Below the pieces are notes generated by a model that did no database searches, was not told the DNA's origin, and was given only the letters and a program-made list of their open reading frames with translations. The position numbers and the translations under genes are program-made. A DNA stretch of 64,000 nt from NCBI GenBank assembly GCA_964016885.1, contig OZ024740.1, positions 57,164,001 to 57,228,000 on the forward strand, written 5' to 3'. How positions within the stretch are numbered: the first letter of the stretch is position 1; each line of letters begins with the position of its first letter. This document shows positions 1 through 12,950 of this stretch, piece after piece. The DNA comes from Eledone cirrhosa (Eukaryota).

Positions 1-935
1 TCTTTCTAGCTCTCTTTCCTTGCGTCTCTTATTCATTCTCTCTAGCTCTCTTTCCCTACGTCTCTCATTCATTCTCTCTAGCTCTCTTTCCCTGTGTCTA
101 TCATTCATTCTTTCTAGCTCTCTTTCCTTACGTCTCTCATTCATTCTCTCTAGATCTCTTTCCCTACGTCTCTCATTCATTCTCTCTAGCTCTCTTTCCT
201 TACCTCTCTCATTCATTCTCTCTAGCTCTCTTTCCCTACGTCTTTCATTCATTCTCTGTAGCTCACTTTCCATACGTCTTTCATTCATTCTCTCTAGCTC
301 TCTTTCCCTACGTCTCTCATTCATTCTCTCTAGCTCCCTTTCCCTGTCTCTCTCATTCATTCTCTCTAGCTCTCTTTCCATGTGTTTCTCATTCATTCTC
401 TTTAGCTCTCTTTCCCTATGTATCTCATTCATTCTCTCTAGCTCTCTTTCCCTACGTCTCTCATTCATTCTCTCTAGCTCTCTTTCCCTGTGTCTCTCAT
501 TCATTCTCTCTAGCTCTCTTTCCCTGTGTTTCTCATTCATTTTCTCTAGCTCTCTTTCCCTACGTCTCTCATTCATTCTCTCTAGCTCTCTTTCCCTGTG
601 TCTCTCATTCATTCTCTCTAGCTCTCTTTCCCTGTTTTTCTCATTCATTCTCTCTAGCTCTCTTTTCCTACGTCTCTCATTCATTCTCTCTAGCTCTCTT
701 TCCCTGTGTCTCTCATTCATTCTCTCTAGCTCTCTTTCCCTACGTCTCTCATTCATTCTCTCTAGCTCTCTTTTCCTACGTCTCTCATTCATTCTCTCTA
801 GCTCTCTTTCCCTACGTCTCTCATTCATTCTCTCTAGCTCTCTCTCCCTACGTCTCTCTTTCATTCTCTCTAGCTCTCTTTCCCTACGTCTCTCATTCAT
901 TTTCTCTAGCTCTCTTTCTCTACGTCTCTCATTCA
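1..935. repeat. 36-bp tandem minisatellite, ~26 copies, truncated by window start
   Basis: Unit tctctcattcattctctctagctctctttccctacg repeats head-to-tail and gives the 12-aa periodicity of the spurious 570-aa ORF. Confidence 0.95.
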
Positions 936-1183
936 TCTCTCTATCTCTCTCTCCCTGTGTCTCTCTTTCATCTCTCTATCTCTCTCTCCCTGTGTCTCTC
1001 TTTCATCTCTCTATCTTTCTCTCCCTGTGTCTCTCTTTCATTCTCTCTATCTCTCCCTGTGTCTCTCTCGTATTCTGTATCTCGCTGTTCACCCTTTTCT
1101 GTCTTTCTCTTACAACGTGCATAGTATTTATGGCATCAAACTCTTCGTTTTTCTTCTCGCATCAGTCTTTCTTTTATATTCTG

Positions 1184-1242
<59 letters not shown>

Positions 1243-1420
1243 CAGACACACACACACACACACATATATATATACTCTCTCTCTCTCTCTCACTCCCTCC
1301 TCCCTCTCTCCTTCTCTCTCTTTCTCTCTCACCCACTCACTCTCTCTCTCCCCCTCACTCTCTCTCACTCTCACACTCTCTCTCTCACTCTCTCTCCCTC
1401 TCACTCCTCTCTCTTTCTCC

Positions 1421-1450
<30 letters not shown>
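936..1450. repeat. (CT)n/(CA)n/(TATC)n low-complexity tract
   Basis: Direct inspection. Confidence 0.9.
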
Positions 1451-1452
<2 letters not shown>

Positions 1453-2055
1453 GGGACTATGTAGAACGTCTATTGTCGCGGGTGGGACCAATCCAGTTGA
1501 CCACCGAGTCCATTGTCATGATCAAACCGCCACCCTCCTTCAAAAACGAAGGAGAGGCGGTTTTCCTATGTGTTATGGCTATGGTGAAAGAGGTTATATG
1601 GTGGACGAGGTTAAAAGGGCTGAGGTCAGACACCTTTTTCTCCGGCGAACAACTGATTCGCTTTTTCAAATATCATTTTGGAAGAAGAATCAGGATGGAG
1701 ATAGAGGTGCTGTACCCCAGCAAATTTTATGAAAGGTTTGTGAATGTGGCAAAGATGGCCCGAGCGGTTGGGCCTTCTCTCTATATAAGCCTATAGGGTG
1801 AGGAAAAAGAGGAAGAGAGGAAGGGAGTACTCACTCTTGGTGCTCCTGGAGATGAGGGTTGTACATTTTTTTTCGGAGTGTGTACAACCCCTGTGTAACG
1901 CCTCCCCCCTATTGGGGATTTCAATTGTTATTTGTTGTTTTATTAATAGTTTTATTTTCATATACCTGTATGTAAACTCCCCATTTGTATTTGTCCCCTT
2001 CTTTTGTGCCCTCGTGGCTAATAAAGAAATTTATCTATCTATATATCTATCTCTC
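1451..2055 (+). mobile_element. 5'-truncated L1/Tx1-like LINE: ORF2 C-terminus, 3' UTR and tail
   Basis: WDYVERLLSRVGPIQLTTESIV...FVNVAKMAR is homologous to 9790-10140, which is linked to L1-type RT motifs. Ends AATAAA plus (TATC)n and is also preceded by (TATC)n. Confidence 0.7.
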
Positions 2056-2377
2056 TGATAAGGGAAATTGTTATCTATCAGGCACCATCATCTCTCTCTC
2101 AGCACAAAAGCAGAGCATCAATGAAGAGTAAGAAAAGGGGATGTGTTAGCAAAGTCGTAAGAGTGAGAAAGCAGTTGACGAAAAGGAGAAATAAATAGAG
2201 AGGTTATGCAAATAGGAGTGAAGGGAGATAAGTAGATAACATGTATAGATAGGGATATTGATGATCATAACGATCCCAGTTTATTTTTCAAGTTTGATAC
2301 TTATTTTATCGATTTATTTTCGTCCACCTGCTATGCTACTAGACATAAGCAAGCAGTAAACGTAAGAAATAAACATC

Positions 2378-2483
<106 letters not shown>

Positions 2484-2514
2484 GTATGTATATATGTATG
2501 TATGTATATATATA

Positions 2515-2937
2515 CATCCAAAATCACCGGGAGAGATGACCCCTTAGTCTTTGTCAAGGCACAATTCTAGGAGAAGGAAAACTCTGATATAACACCTGCA
2601 ACCCTGATGGTATCCAACGATGTTGACTTGTTCTTCTTTTTGGTAAATATCATCTTGGTTAAGAGAGTGGGACTGGCTTTGTGCAGTGCCTTTGCTCACT
2701 ATAAAAGCTTCACGGCACAGGCATTGTTTTATATCTGGAGATCTCTCTGCACTTGTCGTCACATGGTACCATGGGCCCAGCACTATGTATCAATAATTGT
2801 CGCAAGTGTAGTGTTTGTACCAGAGTTTTCAAGTCGCTGGCCGGACTAAAAAATCACACTTGTTCAGCGCATCGGTAGGGGTTCTCCTACATGGACATAA
2901 AGTAGTGGCCGTACTCGAAAACGAGTTGGCAGCCACC
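2515..2937 (+). mobile_element. Non-autonomous RTE-derived element, copy 1
   Basis: Has an RTE-like 5' UTR motif tctaggagaaggaaaactctga and a C2H2-like finger KCSVCTRVFKSLAGLKNHTCSAH near 2804-2872. Highly similar to the minus-strand copy at 12951-13531. Confidence 0.6.
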
Positions 2938-2955
2938 ATATGTATATATATATAT

Positions 2956-3030
2956 ATTGTTATACTTTGGGAGGGTCATGTTGCCAATTTTCAGATAAAG
3001 AATCTTGCTAAACAAATTCAGAAACGAAAT
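2956..3030 (-). mobile_element. Terminal fragment of the Naiad-like PLE family
   Basis: ttgttatactttgggagggtcatgttgccaa is identical to the termini at 37186 and 51170; flanked by (TA)n. Confidence 0.6.
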
Positions 3031-3052
3031 ATATATATATATATATATATAT

Positions 3053-3232
3053 AATGAAGGGAGTGTGGTAAGGAACCAGGTGGACCATAACGCATCAGAG
3101 TACTCGATACTTTGAGTAGTAGAGGGGGTAATAGGAAAAGGTTCAGGACTCCGACGGCAGAGCTCAAGCCGTTTCGACGGCTATTTCTGGACTCAGAAAC
3201 GGCTTGAGCTCTGCCGTCGGGGTCCTGAACCA

Positions 3233-3235
<3 letters not shown>
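3053..3235. mobile_element. PLE-type terminal module (family B) with fold-back and the 3' half of an HHR
   Basis: Inverted arms ~3139-3176 / 3196-3231. Contains GAAA-cggc..gccg-TC. Homologues at 25421, 27640, 51423 and 58103. Confidence 0.6.
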
Positions 3236-3322
<87 letters not shown>

Positions 3323-3324
<2 letters not shown>

Positions 3325-3535
3325 AGTGGTAACACAACAGTCAGTTCACCATACCGACAACAACCGTTGTCCTTCCTATTCCGTATAACCATGTCCATTA
3401 CGAGCTGAGGATCCGCTAAGGTGAAACAATTGTTCTCGGTATGGTGAACTAACTGTTGTGTAACCACTTCTACCTAACTCGACCCATGGACTGAGTGCTC
3501 TACCACTACGGATATTCCCTTCCAGTGTTCTACCT
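3323..3535 (+). mobile_element. PLE-type terminal module (family C) with 5' inversion
   Basis: 3323-3362 is the inverted copy of ~3430-3470. Homologue at 26937-27091. Confidence 0.65.
3401..3438 (+). ncRNA. Minimal type I hammerhead ribozyme
   Basis: cgag-CTGAGGA-tccgctaaggt-GAAA-caattg-TT-ctcg; stem I pairs and stem III is palindromic. Confidence 0.8.
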
Positions 3536-3720
3536 CTCTCTCTCTATATATATATATATTCAATAATATCATGGCTAAAATGTGAGTCATGTTACTTTGG
3601 AGTTTCGCCGGTTTATCACAGAGTCATCATCACTTATTAGCCTTGATATTATTAAATATTAAAACCCTACTTTGGTATTGAGTACATTGAGTACTCTTTT
3701 CTCTCAACCGTCAACCACAT

Positions 3721-3864
<144 letters not shown>

Positions 3865-4310
3865 TCGACAGGCTTCCACAGTTTCGCTCACAATGCAATC
3901 ATAAAACTGGGGCTTCAGTGGAAGACACTTAAGGTACACGCAGAAGAACTGAACTGAATACTATGTGGTTGCGAAGACAACTCCTTTACCAGACAACCAT
4001 GAAATCGATATGATAGATATTCCCTTTGAACAACTAAAAGTCGTAGACTAGACAAAAATTACGAGTAGGGAGGGATTTCTAGAGAGATAAAGTTCTGGGG
4101 AGGAAGGATTAGGTAAAACAGCGTGATTATGTCTCCGAACAGAGAGTGGCAAAACTTAATAGTGAAAGGCATTTAGTCCGGTCCTTAGAACAGAAGCGTT
4201 AAAAAGTTAGACAAAATGATTTGCAGTATCTGCTCTTGATTTATACATTCTGGTTTCAAATCCACCTAAAATCAAAAATGCTTTCGTTCTTCAATTAGTT
4301 GCACACAGTG

Positions 4311-4582
4311 AAGGCGGGTGGCTTTGTGGTTTGAGTATTCGGCTTGAGCAAGACACTTTATTTCACGTTGCTCCAGTCCACTCAGCTGGCAAAAATGAGT
4401 TGTATTTGTAGTTCGAATGGCCAGTCTTGTCACATTCTGTATCACGCTCAATCTCCCTGAGAACTACCTTTAGTGTACACGTGTCTGTGGAATGCTCAGC
4501 TACCTGCACGTTAATTTCACGAGCAGGCTGTTCCGTGGATCGGATCAACTGGAACACTGGTCGTCGTAACCGAGGGAGTGCC
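4311..4582 (+). mobile_element. SINE family 2 copy (tRNA/CORE-like)
   Basis: Shares cttgagcaagacac and tacacgtgtctgtggaat blocks with 5215-5340 and 8470-8760; the latter has a B-box gggttcgatccc. Confidence 0.6.
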
Positions 4583-5544
4583 TCTATCCATAGTTAGAAA
4601 CAGAAGGAAGTGGAGAGCGGGAACAGGAGAGCAATGTGGAAAGGAATGAGAGAAGGAGAAATGAGGAACATTTAGAAAATTCTATAGGAAGAGTGGATGA
4701 AAAGGTTGAAGAAAAAGTCAGAAAAGTGGCGAGAGAGAGGGGGGGACTACGGAGTGGTGGAGAGAAAGAGAAAAAGAATATATTTCTTTACTCCACTATA
4801 CTGAAAACGTACAATTTGTTACAGATATGAAAAATGTTAAAATTCAGTGATGACATATAACACGATATTTGTTTTAAAAACCGAATGTCATACACACAAT
4901 AAAATAAGAAATCCAATGATATTAATGATATTTTTACGACAAAAGGCATTACTATTGAAACTTTCGTTATATTAATATCATAACAAGTAATATTGTATTG
5001 CAGAGAAGAAGAATGTGATAACATCTGCGTGTTCTAATTTGTACAGTTCTGTTATTTGTTTTAATATCGGCAATGTGTGTTAATGAATAGTTTATCTGAT
5101 GACAGTCAAGTATTTAATATTACAAGTATTCACCGTAAAGTGGGAACTGGCTCACTTGATGAGTAGTAATCTAAGATATTTTAATTGTTTAGAATTAACT
5201 GCAACCTTAGTGAAGCTGCGTGGCTTAAAGTTTTAGAGTGTGCTGTTCACGATTTTAAAGTTGTGGGGTTGATTTTTGTATCGGATGACGTATGTGTCCT
5301 TGAGCAACACATTTTATTTTACGTTGCTCTGGTAGAAAACATGAATCGCGACGACACTGATGGTGGGTTGTATTGGCATATACAGCAGCTCCTCGTATTT
5401 TCGCCAACTGGTGTCGCTAAAGTAAAGGAATTTTGATAAATTGGCACATATTGCTTTTACCTTGGATGACATTGACGGCACGCAGAGGGGAGACTGGTAT
5501 GCATGGGCGATTGATGGTTCAAAACAAATATTGACGTTATATAT

Positions 5545-5740
5545 TGATTTCTAATTTAATCAAAAGGCCAGCAAAATTTGGAGGAAAAGCAAATTTGATT
5601 AAATCATCCCCAATACTTAACTGGTACTTTATTTTATCGACCCGGAAAGGATGAAAGTCAAAGTTGACCTGAGAGAGATTTGAACTTAGAACAAATAACG
5701 CAATATCATTCTATCACACAGTCTACTAAACCTGTCAATC
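5545..5740 (-). mobile_element. SINE family 1 copy
   Basis: Reverse complement of the gcctttcatcctt..gggtcgataaaataaagtaccagt core. Confidence 0.8.
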
Positions 5741-5864
5741 CATCATCCCCAGAGTGGCGTTATATATTAAAAGTGAAATTAATAAAGAGTACATCAGCCC
5801 ATTACCAGGTCATGATGAAACAAAAGAATGAATATTGTGTACCTACACACACACGCACACACAC

Positions 5865-6005
<141 letters not shown>

Positions 6006-7650
6006 AATATATAAATTTATATATATATATATATATACACATCAACGCTACACATATATAAATAAATACATTAATACACATGCAGACAGATATACCATAT
6101 ACACCAGCTCATCGCACTTTCGCCAAGTGGTGTCGCTAAAGTAAAGAAATTTTGATGAATTAGCACAAAAGCGACATCAATTGCATTTTTAAAAAAGCAC
6201 ACTCTCTAAGAGATAACATTATCTTTATGATCAGGGTCTCGTTCTTAAAAGGTAGCCCTGTTTGCTGAGTGGGGCCTAGGGAATTCACTCCCATGGCACC
6301 CCGATAAATCTGGCCTTGGACGAGGCAGCATTGATGTAGTCATTCGAGCCATTAGCAATTGCAACCTATTCTTTCTCAAATCGCTACCTACCATCTTAAA
6401 TAAAGAAAATACATTTTAAATAATGTAATCCTAAATATATCTCTAAAATCGTGAAGAGACGGTCACGGTTCAAATGCTTTTGCTTATAGGCTTCTCCGAA
6501 CAATGTTGACCTAGGTTTAAACAACAGCAACACCATCTCATGACACGGAAATCAGTGAATTTGATATGGTAGATATTCTCCTTCAATAACTGCAAGTACA
6601 AGACATATGAGTCGGGAGTTTTAAAAAGTTAAGTTCTAGGGAGATTTCGGTGAACAGTGAGTGTAGCGCCCGGAGGTCGGTGGTAATCCCAATATGGGTG
6701 ACTAAAGAAGCAGTGATGCGTGAGTCAGGTGGTTTTGAGTTAAGGTCGCGCGATGCCAGCCAATTTCGAGGAGTAAAGTTAAGTAGGTTGTTACATCTTG
6801 TTATATAGCGATCTCACTCTTTCAGGGGTTAATGAAAAATGCTCCAAATGTTTAATTGTCTTAACTCAGTCATATACTATGAGTGACCATCCTCTCTTTT
6901 TATAAATTCATTTACAGTACATCTAAGACTGCATTATGCAACGTGTTCTTCCTTATCTCTTTTTTAAAACGGCAAGGTGTGATATGAGGAATATTTGGCT
7001 GCTGTTTCTAGTAAGCTGAGCAACTACTTTAGAAGCAACCGTCCGAAGAGTTTACTATCCTATTTTAATTCATAGGTTGAGTAGATTCTCTGCTAATGCC
7101 TTTGCTTCCCTGGAGCATTGGCTGTGTTAACAGCTTCCCAATCTCTCTCCCCCACCCCCCACCTCTCTCTCTCTCTCCTGGACACAAACTCTTACTCCCC
7201 CTTTATGTCTCCCTCTCCACCATCATCCTACCCGAAAAAAAATGTAAGAAACCGATGAACGTGACACAATCTCATTTCCATTTTACTCTAATCGGAAACA
7301 TAGTGATTATATCGATCTGTCTTTATTTATCTGATGGATTTGTTGGTATACATAAAGTAAATTGTCTGATATTATTTTATCCCTATCAGCTGTAGCTATC
7401 AACAAATGATTAACAGATCACCATCTTCGGGAAATTTGAATATTACGCATTCAAACAAGATCAGATAGATTTTGTTGTATATCCCCAGGTTAACATCGAC
7501 CGTACAGAAATATGATGAAAAGTATTGCAGCCATTGTCAATCCGGGGTATTTCTAGAACTACATTAACCTTAACAATCCTACACCATGTTTGCCAGAGGG
7601 TTTCAGAGGAGAAAAAGAGTCCTTCAGTAAACATGTCTACAGGAATATAT

Positions 7651-7781
7651 GGTGATGGTGGTGGTGGTGGTGGTGGTAGCGGTGGTGGTGGTGGTGGTAG
7701 TGGTGTAGGTGGTGGTGGTGGTGATGGTACCGGTCGTAGTAGTGGTGGTGGTGGTGGTGGTGGTGGTAACGGTGGCGGTGT
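7651..7781. repeat. (GGT)n microsatellite
   Basis: Direct inspection; explains the poly-G/P/T ORFs. Confidence 0.9.
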
Positions 7782-7898
7782 GTCCATTTCTTTTTTTTAA
7801 GACGCGTGTCATTTGAGGAAGATTTTGTCCTCCGTCACTCTGAGAATTAATTGGAATTAAATACTGCAGATTTTTTAATCACATGAAAAAGTACAAAA

Positions 7899-8325
7899 TA
7901 ATTGTTTCTACTTTTGGCACAAGGCCAGTAATTATCCCAGTTAACCTCGGCTAGTTTTTGATTTGAAGGGAAGGGAGCTCAATGTTTTACTGTTACTTTA
8001 TTTTATTAATACCGTAAGGATGAAAGGCAAAGCTAACCTCGGCAGTATTTGAAGTTAGAACGTAAGGGGGCGTAACTATATGCCACAAAGCATTGTGTTC
8101 GACAAAATATCGATACAATATAATGGTTTCTGATGTATGTACAAGGCCAGCAATTTGAAGAGAAAGGGGAAAAAATCGATAAAATCGACCCCAATGCGTT
8201 ATTGGTACTTTACTTTATTGACTGCATAAGGATGAAAGGCAAAGTTAACCTCGGCTGGATTTGAACTAAACGGATTAAACATATGCCGCAAAGCATATTT
8301 TTCGACACTCAACCGATACTGCCAC
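7899..8325 (-). mobile_element. Tandem SINE family 1 copies (2)
   Basis: Two head-to-tail reverse-complement copies of the SINE core and tail. Confidence 0.85.
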
Positions 8326-8469
8326 AATACCAATACAATATAATACGAGGTATGATGCAATAAAACCCCAGTTTTTACTTTTTCACTGAAACTGATACCA
8401 CTTTCAAATCACACTCTGCCACCTCTCCAAAGATAATCGACACGATGACAACTTATGTCCTAGATATGC

Positions 8470-8760
8470 ATGGAGGAAGATATGACTAAGTTATTAAGCT
8501 GTTTGCTTTGCTATCGTGAGGTTTCGGGTTCGATCCCCTGCGTGGTATTTTAAGCAAGTCTCTTTTACAATAGTTTTATAAGTACTCATGCCTGGGAGTG
8601 GAATTGAGTAGATTGAAAACGTGCAGCAAGCCGCAGAACACGTCACATATTGTATCATTCGGATTTAGCCTGAGAATTACGTTAAGGATACACGTGTCTG
8701 TGGAATACTCAGTCATTTGTCAATGATCATTGCCGAAACCGACGAAGGATCCATCAGATA
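8470..8760 (+). mobile_element. SINE family 2 copy
   Basis: B-box gggttcgatccc near 8526; shares blocks with 4311-4582. Confidence 0.55.
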
Positions 8761-8769
8761 TGTAAGAAT

Positions 8770-10405
8770 AGAGAGAAGGCTCCGATGGTCATGCAGCATC
8801 GAAGACAGCCATACCAACAACACCATCAACTACAACAACGATAACAACAACTACAACACTAACGGCAACAGAAGCAATGACAACACGACCAACAAATACA
8901 ATCTGAACAACGAGACCACTAGCATCAGCTACAACAACAACAACGACGGCGACGATAACAACAAAACCAACAACAACGAAGGGAAAAGGGAAGGCGATAA
9001 GCCTAAGATGACCACCGGCAACAACAGCAACAACAACGTGAACAACAACTTATTTGCAGCTGTGGCTGCAAAAACCAAATCATTTTTTCAAGTCGACATT
9101 TCGGACAAGGAGCAACAGTTGGGCAAGGCATGGAAACTGATTAAGCGAAAAGGAACCTGGGCCAATTTAACCATCCCGGACGAAGCAGATAGGTTCTTTT
9201 TACTAGGTCAATAGATAAGGACAGTATACGTTGTCCACACTTTCAAACTGTTGCCTATTCAGATCAAAAGTTTCTTATCTCTACGGTCATCCTAGATAAT
9301 ACACGCAGGTTAGTACCTGGTTACTGGAAGCAAATCACCCAGTTTCGGTGGTCTGCCCTACGAGCTTTACGTAGATATGCCAGACTTGTTCTTCGGTCTC
9401 CTCGAAGCGTCCTACTGCAACTGGCAGCAGAACGGGTATATTCCTAGTTCTGTGAGCCGAGACATAGTGACACTGATAAGGAAAGACGAGAACAAGAGGG
9501 ATACGTTAGCTAACTTCAGGCTTTAACTCTGCTAAACACAGAGTTTAAGATTTTGGCCAAGGTATTAGCGACGAGGTTGGCGCTTGTCGATGATGATTGG
9601 AGGGGGGGGGGGGGGGCAAACTTACATAATCCCGACCAGATCCATACACGTCTGTTCCGAAGGACATTTGAGGCAGGGACTATGGATAACTTCTAGAAAT
9701 CCTGTCAGACAAACCTACCCAAGATACAGGCAGAGCGACTAAAGCGTTCTGCACGCACTTGTCTAGTGTCTATGCATTACTGACTTGTGTAGTTATGTCG
9801 AACAGCTGTTGTCGCGAATAGGACGGGTCCGGCTATCGACCGAGTCCATGGTGAAGATCGCCTCGCCACCTTCTTTTTAGCCGGGAAGGGCAGTCAGTTT
9901 TCCTCTTTTTGGTGGCAGTAGCGAAAGTGGTTGTGTGGCGACCAGGTTGAATGTACTGAAGATAAACACTTTCTCCTCGGCCAATCCCTTATTAACGTTT
10001 CCAAGTTTCACTTGGAAAAGAAGGTGAGGGTGGAGGGTGGAGAAAGAAGTGCTGACTCTCCAGTACATTTGCTAAAAGGTGGGTGAATGTGGCGAGAATG
10101 GCCCGCGTGAATGGGCCTAATCTGAGCATGCGCCTATAGGTTGATTAATTTGAGGAGGATAGGGGTGCCCTTCCCGTGTGCCCTCAAAGCGTTGGGTGGT
10201 TCAGTATTGATGGGGTACCTGAGTCGCCCCTCGGTAGTTATATCCCTACTGGGGAATTTTCATTGTTATATTTTTCTTGTTATTGTTCTTTTATATTGTT
10301 TACTCGATTTTTGTGTAAAACCCCCACTGTCCCCGTCTATTGTATTGTCCCCTATATGTAGGCCCGTGTGGACAATAAATGAAACAATTATTATTGTTAT
10401 TATTA
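8770..10405 (+). mobile_element. Multiply deleted L1/Tx1-like LINE
   Basis: Asn-rich ORF1-like piece, then KSPSFGGLPYELY...VTLIRK...LLNTEFKILAKVLATRL (L1-clade RT motifs, ~9330-9580). C-terminus homologous to 1451-1800; ends AATAAA plus (TTA)n. Confidence 0.8.
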
Positions 10406-10750
10406 GATTAACTTTGCCTTTCATTCTTACGGGGTCGATAAAATAAAGTACCAGTGACGCACTGGGTCGATTTAAACAACATTCCCCTTCCCAAAATTGC
10501 TGGCCTTGTACCTAAATCAGAAATCATTATTATTGTGGATTGGCAGTATCGGTAGAGGCTCGGACGCCATACTTCGCAGCATAGAGTTACGCCCCTTTAC
10601 GTTATGAGTTCAAATCCTGCCGAAGTTAGCTTTGCCTTTCATTCTTAAGGTGTCGATAAATAAAGCACCAGTAATGCACTGGGGTTGATTTAATCGACTT
10701 TCTCCTCCCTTTCAAATTTCTGGCCTTGTGCCTAAAGTAGAAACAATTAG
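10406..10750 (+). mobile_element. Tandem SINE family 1 copies (2)
   Basis: SINE core and tail occur twice, directly after the LINE tail. Confidence 0.85.
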
Positions 10751-11358
10751 TAGAAATCATTATTAATAATAATATTTAACCAAGCTATGAAGTTTCCTTA
10801 GAGCAATTATTATTAAATCGCCTGTTAGATCTCACCGATTATGTTTAATTGTTTGAACTGAATGTCAAGAGAATTATTTCAATATTGCAGTTAACTATAA
10901 ATCCAACTGCAATTTATTTGAAAAGTCAGCAGGTCATATCAGGTTAAGCACGTTTACTAGCGTCAGTTAGGTGGATTTTCAAACTATCAAGCAATATGTT
11001 TTTGTCTATATCTCTTGCTTCTTTACCATAAACATTTAAATGCTTCTGACATATAATACATTACTATGTATACACGTGCTCACTTCAGTGTGATTTCTGT
11101 CAACTTGACTTGGACTTCAGTAATGACAGATCAAACATAAATTGTAAGGCTAGAATGCAACGTTAGCTATTATGGAGAAGAAAAAAAAGGAACTGTTGTC
11201 ATTGTTCCTTTCTATCGTTTATACTATTAAAATATGTCAGTGTGTGAATTAATACTTTGAGAAAAATACATGAGTTATTGTAGAGAGCAGAAGGAGAGGC
11301 CAGTAGAGTGTAGCAGCTGTATGTATATCTATATATTACAGGTAATTATATATGTATG

Positions 11359-11427
<69 letters not shown>

Positions 11428-11434
<7 letters not shown>

Positions 11435-12108
11435 TTAGAGTTATAAACTCAAACAGTCTTTTACAATTAATTAGCTCAAAGAAAGAAGCATTTCTGAGCC
11501 GTGAAATACAAGTTAATATAAATTAATATATGATAAACACCATGTTATATGTTTATATTGGTGTTTATCATATATTAATTTATATTAACTTGTATTTCAC
11601 AGCTCAGAAATGCTTCTTTCTTTGAGCTAATTAATTGTAAAAGACTGTTTGAGTTTATAACTCTAAATATAATATTTAACGGCTCCTGTTGTTGAGCTAA
11701 ATTTTAATCCCATATAGAAGGCTGTTATTTCTAGCACAGCATGAGTATGGGGCTAGCTAGAAGCTGGAAAACCACGTGCTTTAACACTTGACTACCAGTC
11801 CTCCAAAAATATTTCGAGGTGAAACATGCTAATTTCTGGATACCTGTTGATGACCACAGGAATTGGAATTTTTCACTTTTTTAAATTATCGTTGCGAAAT
11901 TTATTTGGGTTTTGAAATTTAAATTTGTCCAGGTATCACGGCTATTGCCAATATGGGTTTGTTTTTATTGATTTATTATTTTAAATCGAGACAGGCAAAT
12001 TGTATTAATCTAATTAGTATTTTTCAATCTAGCTAACTTGGTCGTTTACAATGCAAACGCTTATATGTTTATATTGGTGTTTATCATATATTAATTTATA
12101 TTAACTTG

Positions 12109-12110
<2 letters not shown>
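11428..12110 (+). mobile_element. (TA)n-embedded non-coding element with 5' inversion and a 516-bp-period terminal direct repeat
   Basis: Inverted arms ~11428-11541 / 11560-11672. 11545-11594 is repeated at 12061-12110. PLE-like architecture but no ORF or HHR seen. Confidence 0.6.
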
Positions 12111-12148
<38 letters not shown>

Positions 12149-12566
12149 CATGTACATATGCATACTTATACCTTCATCTATATATGCTTACTTATACATA
12201 TATGTGTATGCACATACATATATATACATGTATATTTGCATACATATATATCAGTGGCGATGGGTAACCTGGAAAGCAGGGCATGCAGTCCAATCACCAT
12301 GGCGGAAAGTGGGGCTGTGTAGCCTTACCCCCCCCCCAACCCCACCCCACCCGCAATTCCCTCTAAATGACCCTCCCGGTCAAAGCCGCATGTAGTGTTA
12401 TCTAGTGTGTGTGTGTGTCATCTTTTTATGTGTCTACGTTTTAGTAAGCAGCCAAAATTCTGCTTGCTTCAACCAACGCAATTGATCAACTCAAGATTCT
12501 ATAACGCATGCACTGCATACGTTTCATGCACGCACCCTTCGCCCCTGATATATATATATGTATATA

Positions 12567-12637
<71 letters not shown>

Positions 12638-12639
<2 letters not shown>

Positions 12640-12950
12640 AAAAAATGAAACGAAATGTCATTTCTCACTCTTAGTACGGCTGTTACTTAAATATAAGTAT
12701 GTATACGCACATACATACAGTATAAACTAGTACATCGTTCCTTTGTCAGTGTTGAACAAAAGGGCAACGATGGTTGCTAAACACTGTACGGCTTAATTCG
12801 GGATGTTTGTTTACAAACAAACCGAGCATTATAATAAATGTTCTGTAAATCCATACGTACATGTATATATATGTGTGCATGTATGTATATATGTGCATAC
12901 TACTGTACGCCTGTATACATGTATGTATGTGCGTATACATACTTATATAT
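12638..12950. mobile_element. PLE-type terminal module (family D) with inversion
   Basis: Homologous to 61524-61930. The forward part restarts at aaa-ctag-ta-catcgt, the 3' half of an HHR. Confidence 0.65.

Noticed and set aside
20-1732. 570-aa Ser/Leu-rich ORF
   Set aside because: It is a translation of the 36-bp minisatellite and (CT)n tract running out of frame into a LINE fragment.
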